The position numbers and the translations under genes are program-made. A stretch of DNA of 64,000 nt from Octopus bimaculoides (Eukaryota): NCBI RefSeq assembly GCF_001194135.2, contig NC_069005.1:389654-453653 (forward strand), written 5' to 3'. This document shows positions 41,762 through 64,000 of this stretch, one piece after another. Numbering within the stretch: position 1 is the stretch's first letter; each line of letters begins with the position of its first letter. The notes beneath the pieces are model-generated. The model did no database searches. It saw only the letters and a list, made by a program, of their open reading frames with translations, and was not told where the DNA came from.

Positions 41762-43574
41762 GTAAGTGTGTATCTATAGTTATATCTGTACATGGCTATG
41801 TGTCTGTGTGTGTCTAGGTGTATCTGTGTGTATGGGTGTTTTTGTGTAACTGTATGGGTCTGTTGAGTGTATGTGTGCATCTGCATTTTTACCTGTGCAT
41901 GTGCATGCACACATTTGTGTATAACCATGTATCTATGAGTTCAGTAGGGGTGGTCAGGATATGTAGAAGGCTGCTTCTGTTGCAGACTGTTTCAGCATGA
42001 ATGATGAAAATAGATATGAAACTAATAGGGAGATGGAGGCACAGCCACAGGGGCCCATGGTGGTAATTAGTTGGGGGATGGGGTCAGATGTGGTTGGATC
42101 CTGAAGTTGTGATTAGGGTTCCTTAGTTTGAGGGTTTGAAACCTGAAGGATGAGATCAGATTATTCAGAGAGAGAGACAGACAGATGCACACATATGTTC
42201 AAGCTTATAATGAAGGCCAATTAGAGAAGCTATAATTAGTCCTTGAAATGGCATTTAATTAGAGTAGGGTGTGGTAGACAGAAGTACTACATCACATGAC
42301 ACACCATTTAGCAACCATCAGGGGACAATAGCTGTTGTTGTTTAACCCTAGGTTAGCCTTGATCAAGCAGTCCTGTAATGCGATGTGTTCCAACCATGAC
42401 CATCCTGTTGTTTTTTATATCATGGACTAAATTTTCCAGTGCGTCCTTTATTTAAGACTTCTTTGAATGAGATTTGGTTGTTATTTCTGGCATGGCCTTT
42501 TTCATTGGCTCCAGCAGTGAGGGTCGTGGGTGGCAGTTTATATATGACAGGAGGAGTTAACTTTGATTATTCCTCTGCTCCCTGGAGTTGGAACAACTAA
42601 CATTTGCTTTGGTTCTTCAGAGTATCTGCTTTTGGGAACTGAGAAAGAGGAAACAGTGGTTCCATTCCTGTGTTTCCTCTTGAAATCCTTTCACTATTCT
42701 ATTTCTGTTGAAATAATCTGATTTTCTCATATTAACACTTGTGATGCAAAGACACTTGAGACCACTCTTGGTTCTTTTATACAAATTCTGCTTTAAAGAA
42801 TTATCATGAAATGAATACAAAACGGATTCTCTTTTGCTTCCTCAACTCACAGGTACCGGATCTTGTTGTATCTACCCTTTACTGGGCCATAAGCTCAATG
42901 GCTGGAAGTTCTTAGCCACAGAACTGGATGAAGAAAGTGCAGCCAAAGCAATAGAAAATGTAGAAAAGAACAACTTTCAAGACTCCATAACGAGTAAATG
43001 CCTTTTTTTTTTCTTTTCCATTTTTTTTTATTTACAATTCTTGCATTTAAAAAAATCTATGTCATCATCATCATATGTCCATGTTTCATACTGACACAGG
43101 CTGGATAGTTTAACAGGACTGGGTGTGTCCAAGGATTGCATCAAGTGTCTGCTTTGTACAGCTGGAGGCCCTTCTTTATAGCCAACCATTTTACAGTCAA
43201 CTTGGTGCTTCCTAATGCCAACCACTCTGAGAGTGTAGTGGGTGCTTTTTATGTGCCACTAGCACAGAAGCCAGTCAGGCAGCACTGGCATTGACCATGT
43301 TCAGATGGTGCTTTTTACATGCCACCGGCACAGGGGCCAGTCGGTAGAGGACTGGCATTGACCATATTTGGATGGTGCTTTTTACGTGCCACCGGTACGA
43401 GGAGCCAGTCAGACGTCACTGGCATCGACCCACGTTTGAATGGTGCTTATTACGTGCCACCAGCATGGGTGCCAGTCAGGCGACACTGGCATTGGCCACA
43501 ACTACAATTTCAATCTTGATTTGATTTTGATTTTACTTGACTCGATAAGTCGTCTCAAGTGCAGCGTATCACTC

Positions 43575-43626
<52 letters not shown>

Positions 43627-46600
43627 TTAAGAAAGTCAGCAAACTGGAGAGTTTGAGATCAGTGGTGGAAGAAACTAATGAGACATATGATTTCTGCATG
43701 TGTAACCCACCATTCTACAGCAACGAAGAAGAGCCAGTGGTTGCTTCACCTTTCAACAAACGAGCAGCACCACATGCAGCTGCGACGGCCAGCAGTGTGG
43801 AGAGTGTTACGTGGGGTGGGGAATATCAGTTTGTGAATCAGTTGATCCAGGACAGCCTAGTGCTGCGCAACAGAGTCAGGTAAGTTACATCCTGCAGTGA
43901 CAGGAGTGTTTGTGTTAACATCTGTGTGTTTGTGAAAGGCTGAGAGAGGCTGACAGAATCGTTGCTATCCTGGAGAGAGCAATATAACTGATTCCCTTCG
44001 TTGTCAAGATATAAGAAATATCTCTCCGACAACAAATCTACCCCTTTTCTTCCTTCTATCATATATTTACATCTCAATACCTCACTTGGAGCATCCATCC
44101 TATTTCCAAGTCTCCCTTTCAGGCAAGAGACCTCTTTAGTCCTGCAAGTTTCAAGGCAGACTCAGTTCTGGTGCTAGTAGACCGTGTTTGAGGTTAGGAA
44201 GGGCATCCAGCCATAGAAACCATTCTAAAACTGAGAAACTAGGGCAAGGCTTGCTCTGTCTGACCTTTTCACCCTGTCTCACTGTCCAACCCATGCTAGC
44301 ATGGAAAGCAGACATAAATACTAAAGTACATATTTCTTTTTCTTCATGAACTTACTTTGAGGCAGGTATCACAGTATCAGGACAGATAAGGGGACATGGG
44401 ATTTAGAGCAGAGGCACTGTGCCATAGACTTGACCAAATAATAGCTGCCTGGGAAGAGTAATCATGTCTTACTGATGTTTTTTTCAGAAATCGTTTTAGT
44501 GAAGAAAATTTGATAAAAACTGGGCAGTTTTGCATAAAACACAAAATGGGTTTTTTGTTTTAATTACTATCGTCTGTTATGGATAATATTTTGTAAGTTA
44601 ATTAATATAATTAATAGTGGTAATTAGTATTTTGTTTTGTCTCCTAGGATTTATACCAGTATGGTTGGCAAAAAGCAGAACTTGTTGGCCCTGAAGTACG
44701 AGTTAAGGAGTTTGAAGGTATTTGTTGCTGTTTTGGTTCTTTTTTTTATCTACAACAAATTGTATTCATCATCATCATTCTTCTGTCTTCTTTTCTATGC
44801 TTGAGTGGGTGGGGTGGGGTTTTTTTGAAGCATATTCTTTACAACTGGATGCCCTTCCTGTCTCCAACCATTACCTGATTCCAAGCTAAGTAATGTTTCT
44901 CTATAGTCAGACATGTTTTTGACAGACTATTGGCAGTGGACATTCATTTACAACAATCCTCTGATGTCAAACAAGGAGACACAAATACATTCACAAATCT
45001 CAACTCTCATGCATCTATACATATATATGACAAGGCTTTGGTTGGCCCGGGGCTATAATAGAAGACACTTCCCAAGGTGCCATGGGAACTGAACCTGAAG
45101 CCATGTGGTTGAGAAGCAAGATTCTTAAGTACACAGCCATGCTTGCACCTCACATTAATGAACTCAAATAATGTCAGTTTGCTTCAAGCTTGTATTGAGA
45201 TTGACAACATTTGGGATTAAAGAATGTTATCTACCCTGGGTCAGTTCATTCAACGAGCAAAAATGAATAATCTCGAGATGGACCAGTCCAGTGTCGGGGG
45301 AACATATATACCACAGAATCTGGGAAACCAGCCTTATGAGCCTTTTTTATTTTTCTTCTTGAATGCTCAAGATCATTTAAAGGGTTCATTGACCCCTTAG
45401 ATATACTTAGCAGTATTTTGTCCATCTTAACGTTTTGAGTTCGAATCCTGCAAAGGCCAGTTTTACCTTTCATCCATTCAGGGACAATAAAATAAGAACC
45501 AATTAAGCTTTAGGGTCAATCTAATCAACTATCCTCCTCCTGCCAAATTCCAGCCCCTGTGCCTTCAGTAGAAACGATTATTGTTGAGGTGAGTTGGCAG
45601 AATCGTTAACGTGTCAGACAAAATATTTAGTGATATTTCTTCCAGCTTGACATTCTGAGTTCAATTCCTGTCGAGTTTGACTTAGCCTTTCATCCTTTCA
45701 GGGTCAACAGAGTACCAGTGAGGTACTGGGGGGAAAACGACAGGGATCCCCTGCTCCTTCCCTTCAAATCTGCTGACCTTTTTGCCTTTCTCTTTTTCCC
45801 TTTAGGTTCCGGTCTTCTCAAGCACAGAATTCTGTCAGGGCAAAACAATGAGGTGGGGCCTGGGCTGGAGCTTTGACGAGAGCGTCTCTTTTACCGTGAG
45901 TACCACTCATCTTGTGTGAGTGAGCGTCTGAGTGTTACTTGTGCTGTTATGGTTGATCTATGGACAGATGTTGCTAGTGAAATGTCTACCCAAACAAATT
46001 AGCTCTCACCAGGGCTTTTTTTTCTCTTTTGCCAAAAATGCTAAGTAACATATACATAAACAAACCAACACTGATTGTCAAGGGGTAGGAAGCATAAACA
46101 CAAAGATATACCCCTACCCACACACATATATAAGCATGTACATATACGGTGGGCTTCCACACAGTTTCTGCCTACCAAATTCATTTACACGGCATTAGTC
46201 AACCTGGGGTTATAGTAGAAGACATTAGCTCAAGGTTCCGTGCTCTGGGATTGAACCTGAAGCCATGTGGTTGCAAAGCAAGCATCTTAATCGCACAGCC
46301 AGTCCTGCATCAGACCGTTGTGCAATTGATGTCCTTTAAATTGTGATTTTGTGTCACGGTTGGCTTCATAAGCCCTTGTCGTGGTTGTGTGGTCATGAGG
46401 TTTGCACCTGTGTGATTTTGTGTTCCATCCCACTGCACAGCATCTTGGACAAGCCTCAAGCCAACCCGTGCCTTGTGTATGAAGTTGGTAGATGGAGACT
46501 GTGTTGAAGCCCATCATATATCTGTGTGTGTGTGTGCTGACATCTGACTTTTCCCCACTCTCATTAATTATTTCCAGTTCCATTTCTTCTTCATCTGTGC

Positions 46601-48955
46601 CCACCTCTCCCCAATATATCAATATAGCAATCTTCAAATGTTATTTATTTCTATTTTATTTGGGTTTTTTTCTCTCTTTCAGAAATCTTATTTCAAAGCT
46701 GAAAAGAAAAAAGAGAAAATGCCCCTGGCACTTTGTATTCCAACTGAAATTGCCATTGACTTTCTCACCTTATGCATTCACATCAAAGAACTTTTGCAGG
46801 AACTGAAGGTATTTTCTTTTTCTTTATTAGTTGTTGCTGTGTGGTTAAGAGACTTGCCTCCCAAGCATGTCGTTTTGGGTTCAGTCCTGCTGTACAGCAC
46901 CTTGGGCAAGTGTCTTTACTATATGCCTGGACTGACCAAAGCTTTGTGAGTGAATTTGGTAAACAGAAACAATAAGGGAACTTCATCATCATCATTTAAT
47001 GTCTTCCATGCTGGCAAGAGTTGGGAGGATTTGACAGGAGCTCTCCAGACTCCGATCGTCTGTTTTGGCTTGGATTTTATGGCAGGATGCCCTTAGAGTG
47101 TTCTGGGTGCTTTTTACATAGCACTAGCATGAGTGCATTTTATGTGGCACCGGCACCTGCAAGACAAATACCTCTCAGCTGGGGGAGGGAAGGAGGAGTG
47201 GGGTCGTGGCCATAAAAGACATTCCTGTATTTATGAATGGCCACTGTTTTACTTAGCTTGACATGTCCCGTATGTATATATATATATATATATATATATT
47301 TCATATGTATGTGTTTGTATTACTGTCTTTTTGCTGTAACATGTAAGAGTTGTAAATGAGTATCACTGTTATATAAGCAGTGTCATTCATTTCCAAACTA
47401 GCTGTGCAAAAATATTCCTTTGTTTGGAAACAGGTGAGGGTTGGTGACAGGAAAGACATCCGACTATGGAAATCTACCTCAACAAGACTCCATCTGACCC
47501 ATGCAGGCATGGAGAAACAGATGTTAAATGATGATGATAATTTCCCCCCAAAAAAGAGACAGCTCAATTGGTAGAGCATCAGACAAACTGATTTGTGGTT
47601 AATCCCCCCCCCCTCGTGTATAGATTTGAGATAATGTACAAAAACAATATATTAGAAGAACTGAAATATATTTAAGTCTTACTGTGGGTTAAATATGAAT
47701 GTGAACACATTCGTTCTCTACTATTAGTGCGTGCAAAAAAGACAGAGTGGTCAATAAACCATGAAATGGTATGTAAAGAAACCTCCCTCACCTTTTGTTT
47801 TTTCTGCATATCAGTTGCATAAAAAGAATGCATTTACATTATTATTTGACCCACAGGCAGGCTTTGCTCTGTTTAAATTTATTCCAGTTCTGATTAAGCT
47901 GTATTTCACTTAAAAATAGATATCAAACATAGTTTATTCTGTATAATATTTGAAGCTAATTAAGTTGACAAAATGTTTAATTAATTGGCAAAGCAGAAAG
48001 GATTCTGACCTTGTCAACTGCAGCCTCAGTCCATGTAGCTGTAAACAGATGAATTTAGCTCTCATGGGGAACAATGTGACTTAACCTGTTCATTTCATAT
48101 TTTATTGAAAACCTTGTCTCACTTTCTTTTCTCTCTTTCTGTCAGATAAACTATGTTGAGACAAAAAGCAACAAATGGATTTTAATCATGAGCCTTTTTG
48201 CAACAGAGAACACTTGGTCTCATCAAAGACGGCAGCGCCGACAAAGACTGCGAGAAGAACAAAGGAAACTTTCACTTGCCAAAGACTGTGAAAAGGCAAC
48301 CCCTTCTTTCAACCCTACCTGTACTTCCTCTTCTTCTTCATCTTCTACCTCTGTCAACTCCGACAGTAAAGTTTGCCAGCCAGGCTTGTCAACTGAATCA
48401 GTTGATGGCAGTGGATGTTGTATAAGTGACTCTTGTGGCACTGGTAAAAAACCTGTGTCCAAAGAGTCTGAAGATGCTGCAGTTGAATCCATTGTTGAAG
48501 AGGAAGCTTCTTCTTCTTCATCAATTGAAACAGTGACAGCAACATCTTCTGCTAAAAGGAAGAGAGAGTTGGAAAGTTATAAAGAGGATGAAGATGGGGA
48601 GACGACTGCAGCATCCAGTAACAAAAGGGGTAGAAGAGGAGAGTTGGGGGTGAGTGGGGGTCAAGAGACTGAGTGTCAGGTTGATTGTACAAGTGAAGGG
48701 GGTAGAGAGAAAGAGGAGTGCAATGAAAATAGAGATGTGCAACCGAAAAGGGACAGGTGCAGCAATGCAGCAGATGTTGCTCGTTGCAGTTTGTCAAAGG
48801 AAAGTGAAGCTAAGAAAGATTATCTCTTTCAGTGCACCATGTTTGTGAAGAGGAAACTCACCTACATGCAGCTGGAGCTTGCATTGGTTGAAGGGGACAA
48901 CAGGGAAATGCTTCATCAGTTATTACAGTTTTTTAGAAATAAACTGTTGCCATGA
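41440..48955 (+). CDS. METTL16: METTL16 RNA N6-adenosine methyltransferase, join(41440..41761,42853..42993,43627..43879,44648..44717,45806..45895,46683..46808,48146..48955), 1812 nt, 603 aa
   Basis: All introns are GT-AG with consistent phases. The protein has MSLNKFMHPRN..., LVPTIPLRLNYIHWIEDL, SAM-binding GIDIG|TGSCCIYPLLG, catalytic DFCMCNPPFY, TEFCQGKTMRW, the Arg-rich ENTWSHQRRQRRQRLR, and C-terminal YLFQC...VEGDNREMLHQLLQFFRN. Confidence 0.96.
42853..42993 (+). CDS. METTL16: METTL16 coding exon 2
   Basis: cacag|GT ACC GGA ...(G)TGSCCIYPLLGHKLNGWKFLATELDEE...DSIT A|gtaaat; 141 nt. Confidence 0.93.
43241..43497. repeat. ~67-bp minisatellite, about 4 units, in METTL16 intron 2
   Basis: Unit GGTGCTTTTTAC(G/A)TGCCACC.GCA....GCCAGTC.....CACTGGCATTGACC repeated. 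Confidence 0.8.
43627..43879 (+). CDS. METTL16: METTL16 coding exon 3 (NPPF catalytic motif)
   Basis: poly-T ag|TT AAG...YDFCMCNPPFY...GGEYQFVNQLIQDSLVLRNRV AG|gtaagt; 253 nt. Confidence 0.95.
44648..44717 (+). CDS. METTL16: METTL16 coding exon 4
   Basis: ctcctag|G ATT TAT ACC = (R)IYTSMVGKKQNLLALKYELRSLK|gtattt; 70 nt. Confidence 0.9.
45806..45895 (+). CDS. METTL16: METTL16 coding exon 5
   Basis: ctttag|VPVFSSTEFCQGKTMRWGLGWSFDESVSFT|gtgagt; 90 nt. Confidence 0.93.
46683..46808 (+). CDS. METTL16: METTL16 coding exon 6 (start of VCR1/KA1-like region)
   Basis: ctttcag|KSYFKAEKKKEKMPLALCIPTEIAIDFLTLCIHIKELLQELK|gtattt; 126 nt, phase 0/0; end resembles human IEKILTDLK. Confidence 0.8.
48146..48955 (+). 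CDS. METTL16: METTL16 last coding exon (VCR1 end, long acidic/Ser-rich linker, VCR2)
   Basis: ctgtcag|INYVETK...ENTWSHQRRQRR...YLFQCTMFV...RNKLLP TGA (48953-48955). Confidence 0.92.
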   Translation: MNYVETKSNKWILIMSLFATENTWSHQRRQRRQRLREEQRKLSLAKDCEKATPSFNPTCTSSSSSSSTSVNSDSKVCQPGLSTESVDGSGCCISDSCGTGKKPVSKESEDAAVESIVEEEASSSSSIETVTATSSAKRKRELESYKEDEDGETTAASSNKRGRRGELGVSGGQETECQVDCTSEGGREKEECNENRDVQPKRDRCSNAADVARCSLSKESEAKKDYLFQCTMFVKRKLTYMQLELALVEGDNREMLHQLLQFFRNKLLP

Positions 48956-50089
48956 CAACGACAACGAGGTATTTTTGTTTTGTTTTCCATCTCCATTAGT
49001 TTTGTTGTTATTTCATTGATTTATTTGCTATGTTTTCTCTTTCATTCTTGTTTGCTTAATTAGTAGAAACCAGTTTCATTCCTATTCCTGAATAATTGAG
49101 AGTAAAAAAAACAGGACAACCAACGTGGAGACAACTATTCAAATGAATGGGTGCAGGGTGGTTAAAGTGTCCACTTCACACCCTTGTGGTACTGGGTTCA
49201 ATCCCAAAGCACGATCCCTTGGGTAAGTGTTTCCTATGATAGATTTTGGTTGAAAATTACTTTGTCAATAGAATTTGGTTAAGATGCTTGCATCCCAACC
49301 CCGTGGTCTTGTGTTCAGTCCCACTGCCCAGCACCTTTGATCGGTATGTTCTACTATAGCTCCAGACTGACCAAAGCCTTGTCTTTTGCTTGTGGGAAAC
49401 CTGGTTGAAGCCCCCTTTCACTGAACTTCTTGCATGTAACACATCGTCTTCTTTCAAGCATCTCAACAATCTCACCAGACCAACTTTGAGGGAAGCAGGA
49501 AGTGACACGGAAAGGGGGGAACTATCGCTTTCAGCATCTGAAAAGAAGGTTGTAAGGAGCATTGGCCGACAAACATGTCAGCAGTTGTCCTTGCATATAA
49601 TCCACCATCATTTATGCTCCCTCCTCTGGATGTGGGTGTTAGCCTAGCTTTAGTATAAGCAATGTCAGTATAAATACATGTGAGTACATACATTGGCTAA
49701 CTGGTTACCCGCCAAAATGCCTGTAGCCTCAGTTTCAGTTCACCCCTGAGCTCTAGCATCTTGAATTATCAAAGATATTTGAATAAATTTTAGTATATTA
49801 ATTGAAAATTATTCGCAAAAATGATTATCTTAATGTTAATTCTCTAAATGAAGTATTAACAGTAACTGCACGATAAAGTGTAGTATATTGCCACTTAAGT
49901 GTGGCTGACCCCTAGGGGTGGATGTTACTGTTGCTTTTAGCCCCAGGAGGACATCTCCTCCAGCTGGCTTATCTTAATATTTTATAGAAAGTTTTTGTGT
50001 GCAATATTAAAACGAAGGTTTTGTGTCCCAAATACAGTACAAGGGAGGTCACTCCTAAAAACAATTCTTGCGGAAATTCTGTTGCTTGA

Positions 50090-51240
50090 ACAGGTTTTCT
50101 TTTTTATTTCAGTGAAAAAAGTTCCTTGTTCGACACCCGTTGGAAGTGTCTGAACATAGAGAACAACAATGACGAGGACTACATCGCATAAGCTGTTAGA
50201 GTAAACAGAGAAAGCGAGAAGTTTAAGCTGGATGAATTAACGCCAGATATGTTCATGTGCCTGACTTTTTATACAGGGATTTACAATCGAAAAAGAAGTA
50301 GAAGTTTGGAACTAGAATTCTTGCAAAGCTGGAAGAAGATGAGGATGTAAGGGCAGAGCAAGAGCGTGGAGAATGTGAAAGGATTGTGAGATTGAGACAG
50401 GACAGAGAGGAAATTGAATGTAAAGATTGTTTGCAAGTAAAGCAAAATGATGAGGAAATTTGTGAAGGTAGAAATCAGAAATACAAAAACGAAACGAGAC
50501 ACAGGAAGTGATATCACCATTATAAACGAAAACAAAAACTCAGAAATATGTCAGTAAGCTGAAAATAATTCCAAAAAGTAGTACATGGTGTTATGGAGAA
50601 AACATTTTTACAGTGAATTCATATGTAACATTTTGAGGTCAAATGAAAAAAAGGCAAAGATACATAGATTAAAAAGGATTCACTTAATCTGACACAGAAT
50701 GGATGGGACTCTTCAAAGTATGGAATAAGTGTTTTGTGTGGAAATATAGTTGATTGAGTCGAAGGTTCGAAGGCAGCTGAGGAACCAAAACAAAAAATTG
50801 CAGTAAAACAAAAGTGGAAGACCTGTCTGAAAGCCATAATGAAATAATTGCCCACGATAAAAAGTAAACATTGTTCAAAAGTAGATGTGTTCCATGGTCG
50901 AGACTAAACATCAATTTCGCTGGTCCTTTAAATGGTTTCTTACTATTTAGTGGTAGTTGATAAGTTTTTTGAAATGGCCTGAAATTCACAAGTGTAAAAA
51001 AACTAACCTCCTCAACTGTGATAAATTGTTTACACAAAATGTTTGCAAGATTTGACATCCCAGACAAGATAAAGACTGACAATGTAACGCAGTTCGTGTC
51101 TAGCAAATTTTTAAAATTTTTGTGAAACATTCATGATAGAATATATAACTATGGTGCCATACCAACCCCAGACCTAATGGACAGGCAGAACGCTTTGTCG
51201 ATACCTTCAAGAGATCCCTCAGAAAATCGTTTTTCTTAGA
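50090..51240 (+). mobile_element. Internally deleted Ty3/gypsy retrotransposon remnant (gag and integrase fragments)
   Basis: gag-like FSEKSSLFDTRWKCLN and FKLDELTPDMF; integrase PWSRLNINFAGP, FARFDIPDKIKTDNVTQFVS and NGQAERFVDTFKRSLRK; frameshifted. Confidence 0.8.
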
Positions 51241-51253
51241 AGTTGTAGGGAAT

Positions 51254-51413
51254 TGTAATGATACACCCCTCCCCCGTGACGAATGGAATAACCTAGTCAC
51301 TGTAAGTGAAGAGAAGTATGTGAAGTACTGGAGTACGTAGTAGGGGGTGAGGAGCAGTCGTGTCTTTACTGGTTTTAATAAGTAAATTGTATACGAAAGT
51401 GGACGTTATAACA
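51254..51413 (+). mobile_element. Probable 3' LTR of the gypsy remnant
   Basis: Starts TGTAAT right after purine-rich GTAGGGAA and ends ATAACA; no matching 5' LTR seen. Confidence 0.45.
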
Positions 51414-52248
51414 ATCCAACATTTTAAAGATTAAGCAAACAGCAAATGGTTTGAAGTGTTGTTGGTGGTTACGAGAAAGCAGCTGAAGCATGCCCATAGC
51501 TTTTTAGACATTTGGATGATGCAATAAGATATAAATGAACTCAGTTGATACAATATTTAGTTTGAATTTCAATGGTCAGTGGTCAGAGAGAAAAGAAGAG
51601 AAATAATGCTCCTCCTCCTCGTCATCATTTAACGTCCACTTTTCCATGCTTGCATGGGTCAGATGGATGTAGTAGATTTTCTATAGCTGGATATTCTTCG
51701 TGTCACCAACTTTTTTAACTGTCTTCAAAGAAGGTAAATATTTCCCCTGGCCAGAGATGCTTTCCACGGAAGACTGGAAACAAACAACATTACTCGTACG
51801 ACAGTCTTGGTTGTTTATGACTCATATGATATGTAGACAAGATGTATGAACATACAGACACACACACACACACACATGACGAGCTTCTTTTAGTTTCTAT
51901 TTATCAAATCCACTCGAAAGATTTTGATCAGCTTGGGGGCCATTGCAAAAGACATTTGCTGAAGGTGTCAGACAACCACAGTGGTATAAAGGAGACATTA
52001 TTATAATGATTATTATTAATATTATCTGTAAGTTCAAAGGAACCAAATATATTTCGGTTCAGAGAAACCAGGATTCCTGAAAGACCAAAGCAGTTATCTT
52101 GGTTTCTGCAATGACCCAGAGAGTATTGTTGTGTTTTATCATCTCAGATGTTTGATGAGTTATCAGACTTTTGCATTCAGTCATTACTCTTTAGTCAATG
52201 CAAATAAAAATACTTAGTAGAATCCAAAAAATTGTCTTGGAATTTCTT

Positions 52249-63100
<10,852 letters not shown>

Positions 63101-64000
63101 AGTTCAGTTCTTGGTCAATCTGATAAGTAATAATAAAAAGAAAAAAAAATAGATATAAATAAATAATACACAAAAAAGAACAACAGATAAAACAAACAAC
63201 AACAACAACACCCACATCAGTAAACAGGGAGTTGGTTAATGAATGACATTGTATTATGTCCTTAGGCAAGATACTTACCTTACAGTATTTGCATCCAGTG
63301 AATTTCCAATACACCAGTGCCTTATAAATCCACCAGTGTGACATTGGTGGTGAATTGTGGCACTAAGTTTTTGGAAAAAAATTTTTTCGGATTTCCACGT
63401 TTCGGAAATTACGAATATGCAAAAAAAAAAAAATTAAATCCCCCCCCCACACACAATTTAAAATTCTGATTTTGTTTACTTTCAAGAGATCGTAGCGAAT
63501 TGAGGAAAATATGCAAACAAATTAAATATAAACAAAAACATTAAAGTGAAAAGAATCTGGCTTTTACTTGTTTGCCTTAAATAATCGTAAACAATAATTT
63601 AATGTAAATTAAATAAACACCATTTTATAAGAAACAAACATTAATGTTTAATAATTAATGTTATAAAGTTTAATAAGGGGCTCAAATTCCCCCCCCTCCC
63701 CCAATTTTAAATTTTGAACTTTTCCATCTATTTATTTATTTATCTGTCTGTTTATCCTCCCTATCTGTTTATTCATAAAATATATTTGCCATATATAAAT
63801 GTGGCGGTCCTCTAGAGGACGGTGATACTGTTGTTTTTAGCCCCAGGAAGACCCTCATGTCTATTTATCTCTTTATACACATATCTATATGCTTATTGAA
63901 TTTAGAATTTTGAAAACGTGGTTTCTTGCATATTCGGAATCTCCGTCATAGGAAACGTTTCCGGGTAATATTGTAAATATTAACCAAAAGAAATATTAAA

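Overview
AT-rich, microsatellite- and SINE-dense eukaryotic DNA with several N gaps. The repeat content suggests an octopod cephalopod; this is an inference. Three genes are supported, none captured properly by the ORF track because they are spliced. (1) At the left, on the minus strand, the first coding exon of LIS1/PAFAH1B1 (3153-3374; MVLSQRQREEL, then a phase-2 GT intron). The rest of the gene lies left of the window or was not found. (2) A complete 7-coding-exon METTL16 (U6/MAT2A m6A methyltransferase) on the plus strand, 41440-48955, 603 aa. (3) A complete 11-coding-exon CYP4-family P450 on the minus strand, 63100-52249, 500 aa, convergent with METTL16. LIS1 and METTL16 are head-to-head, the arrangement I recall for human 17p13.3, so this is a candidate ancient microsynteny. 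The 38 kb between them holds candidate non-coding first exons and promoters, a large SINE hairpin, a small MITE family, and RTE, CR1, mariner and Ty3/gypsy remnants. The CYP4 lacks the I-helix glutamate that normally links haem covalently.
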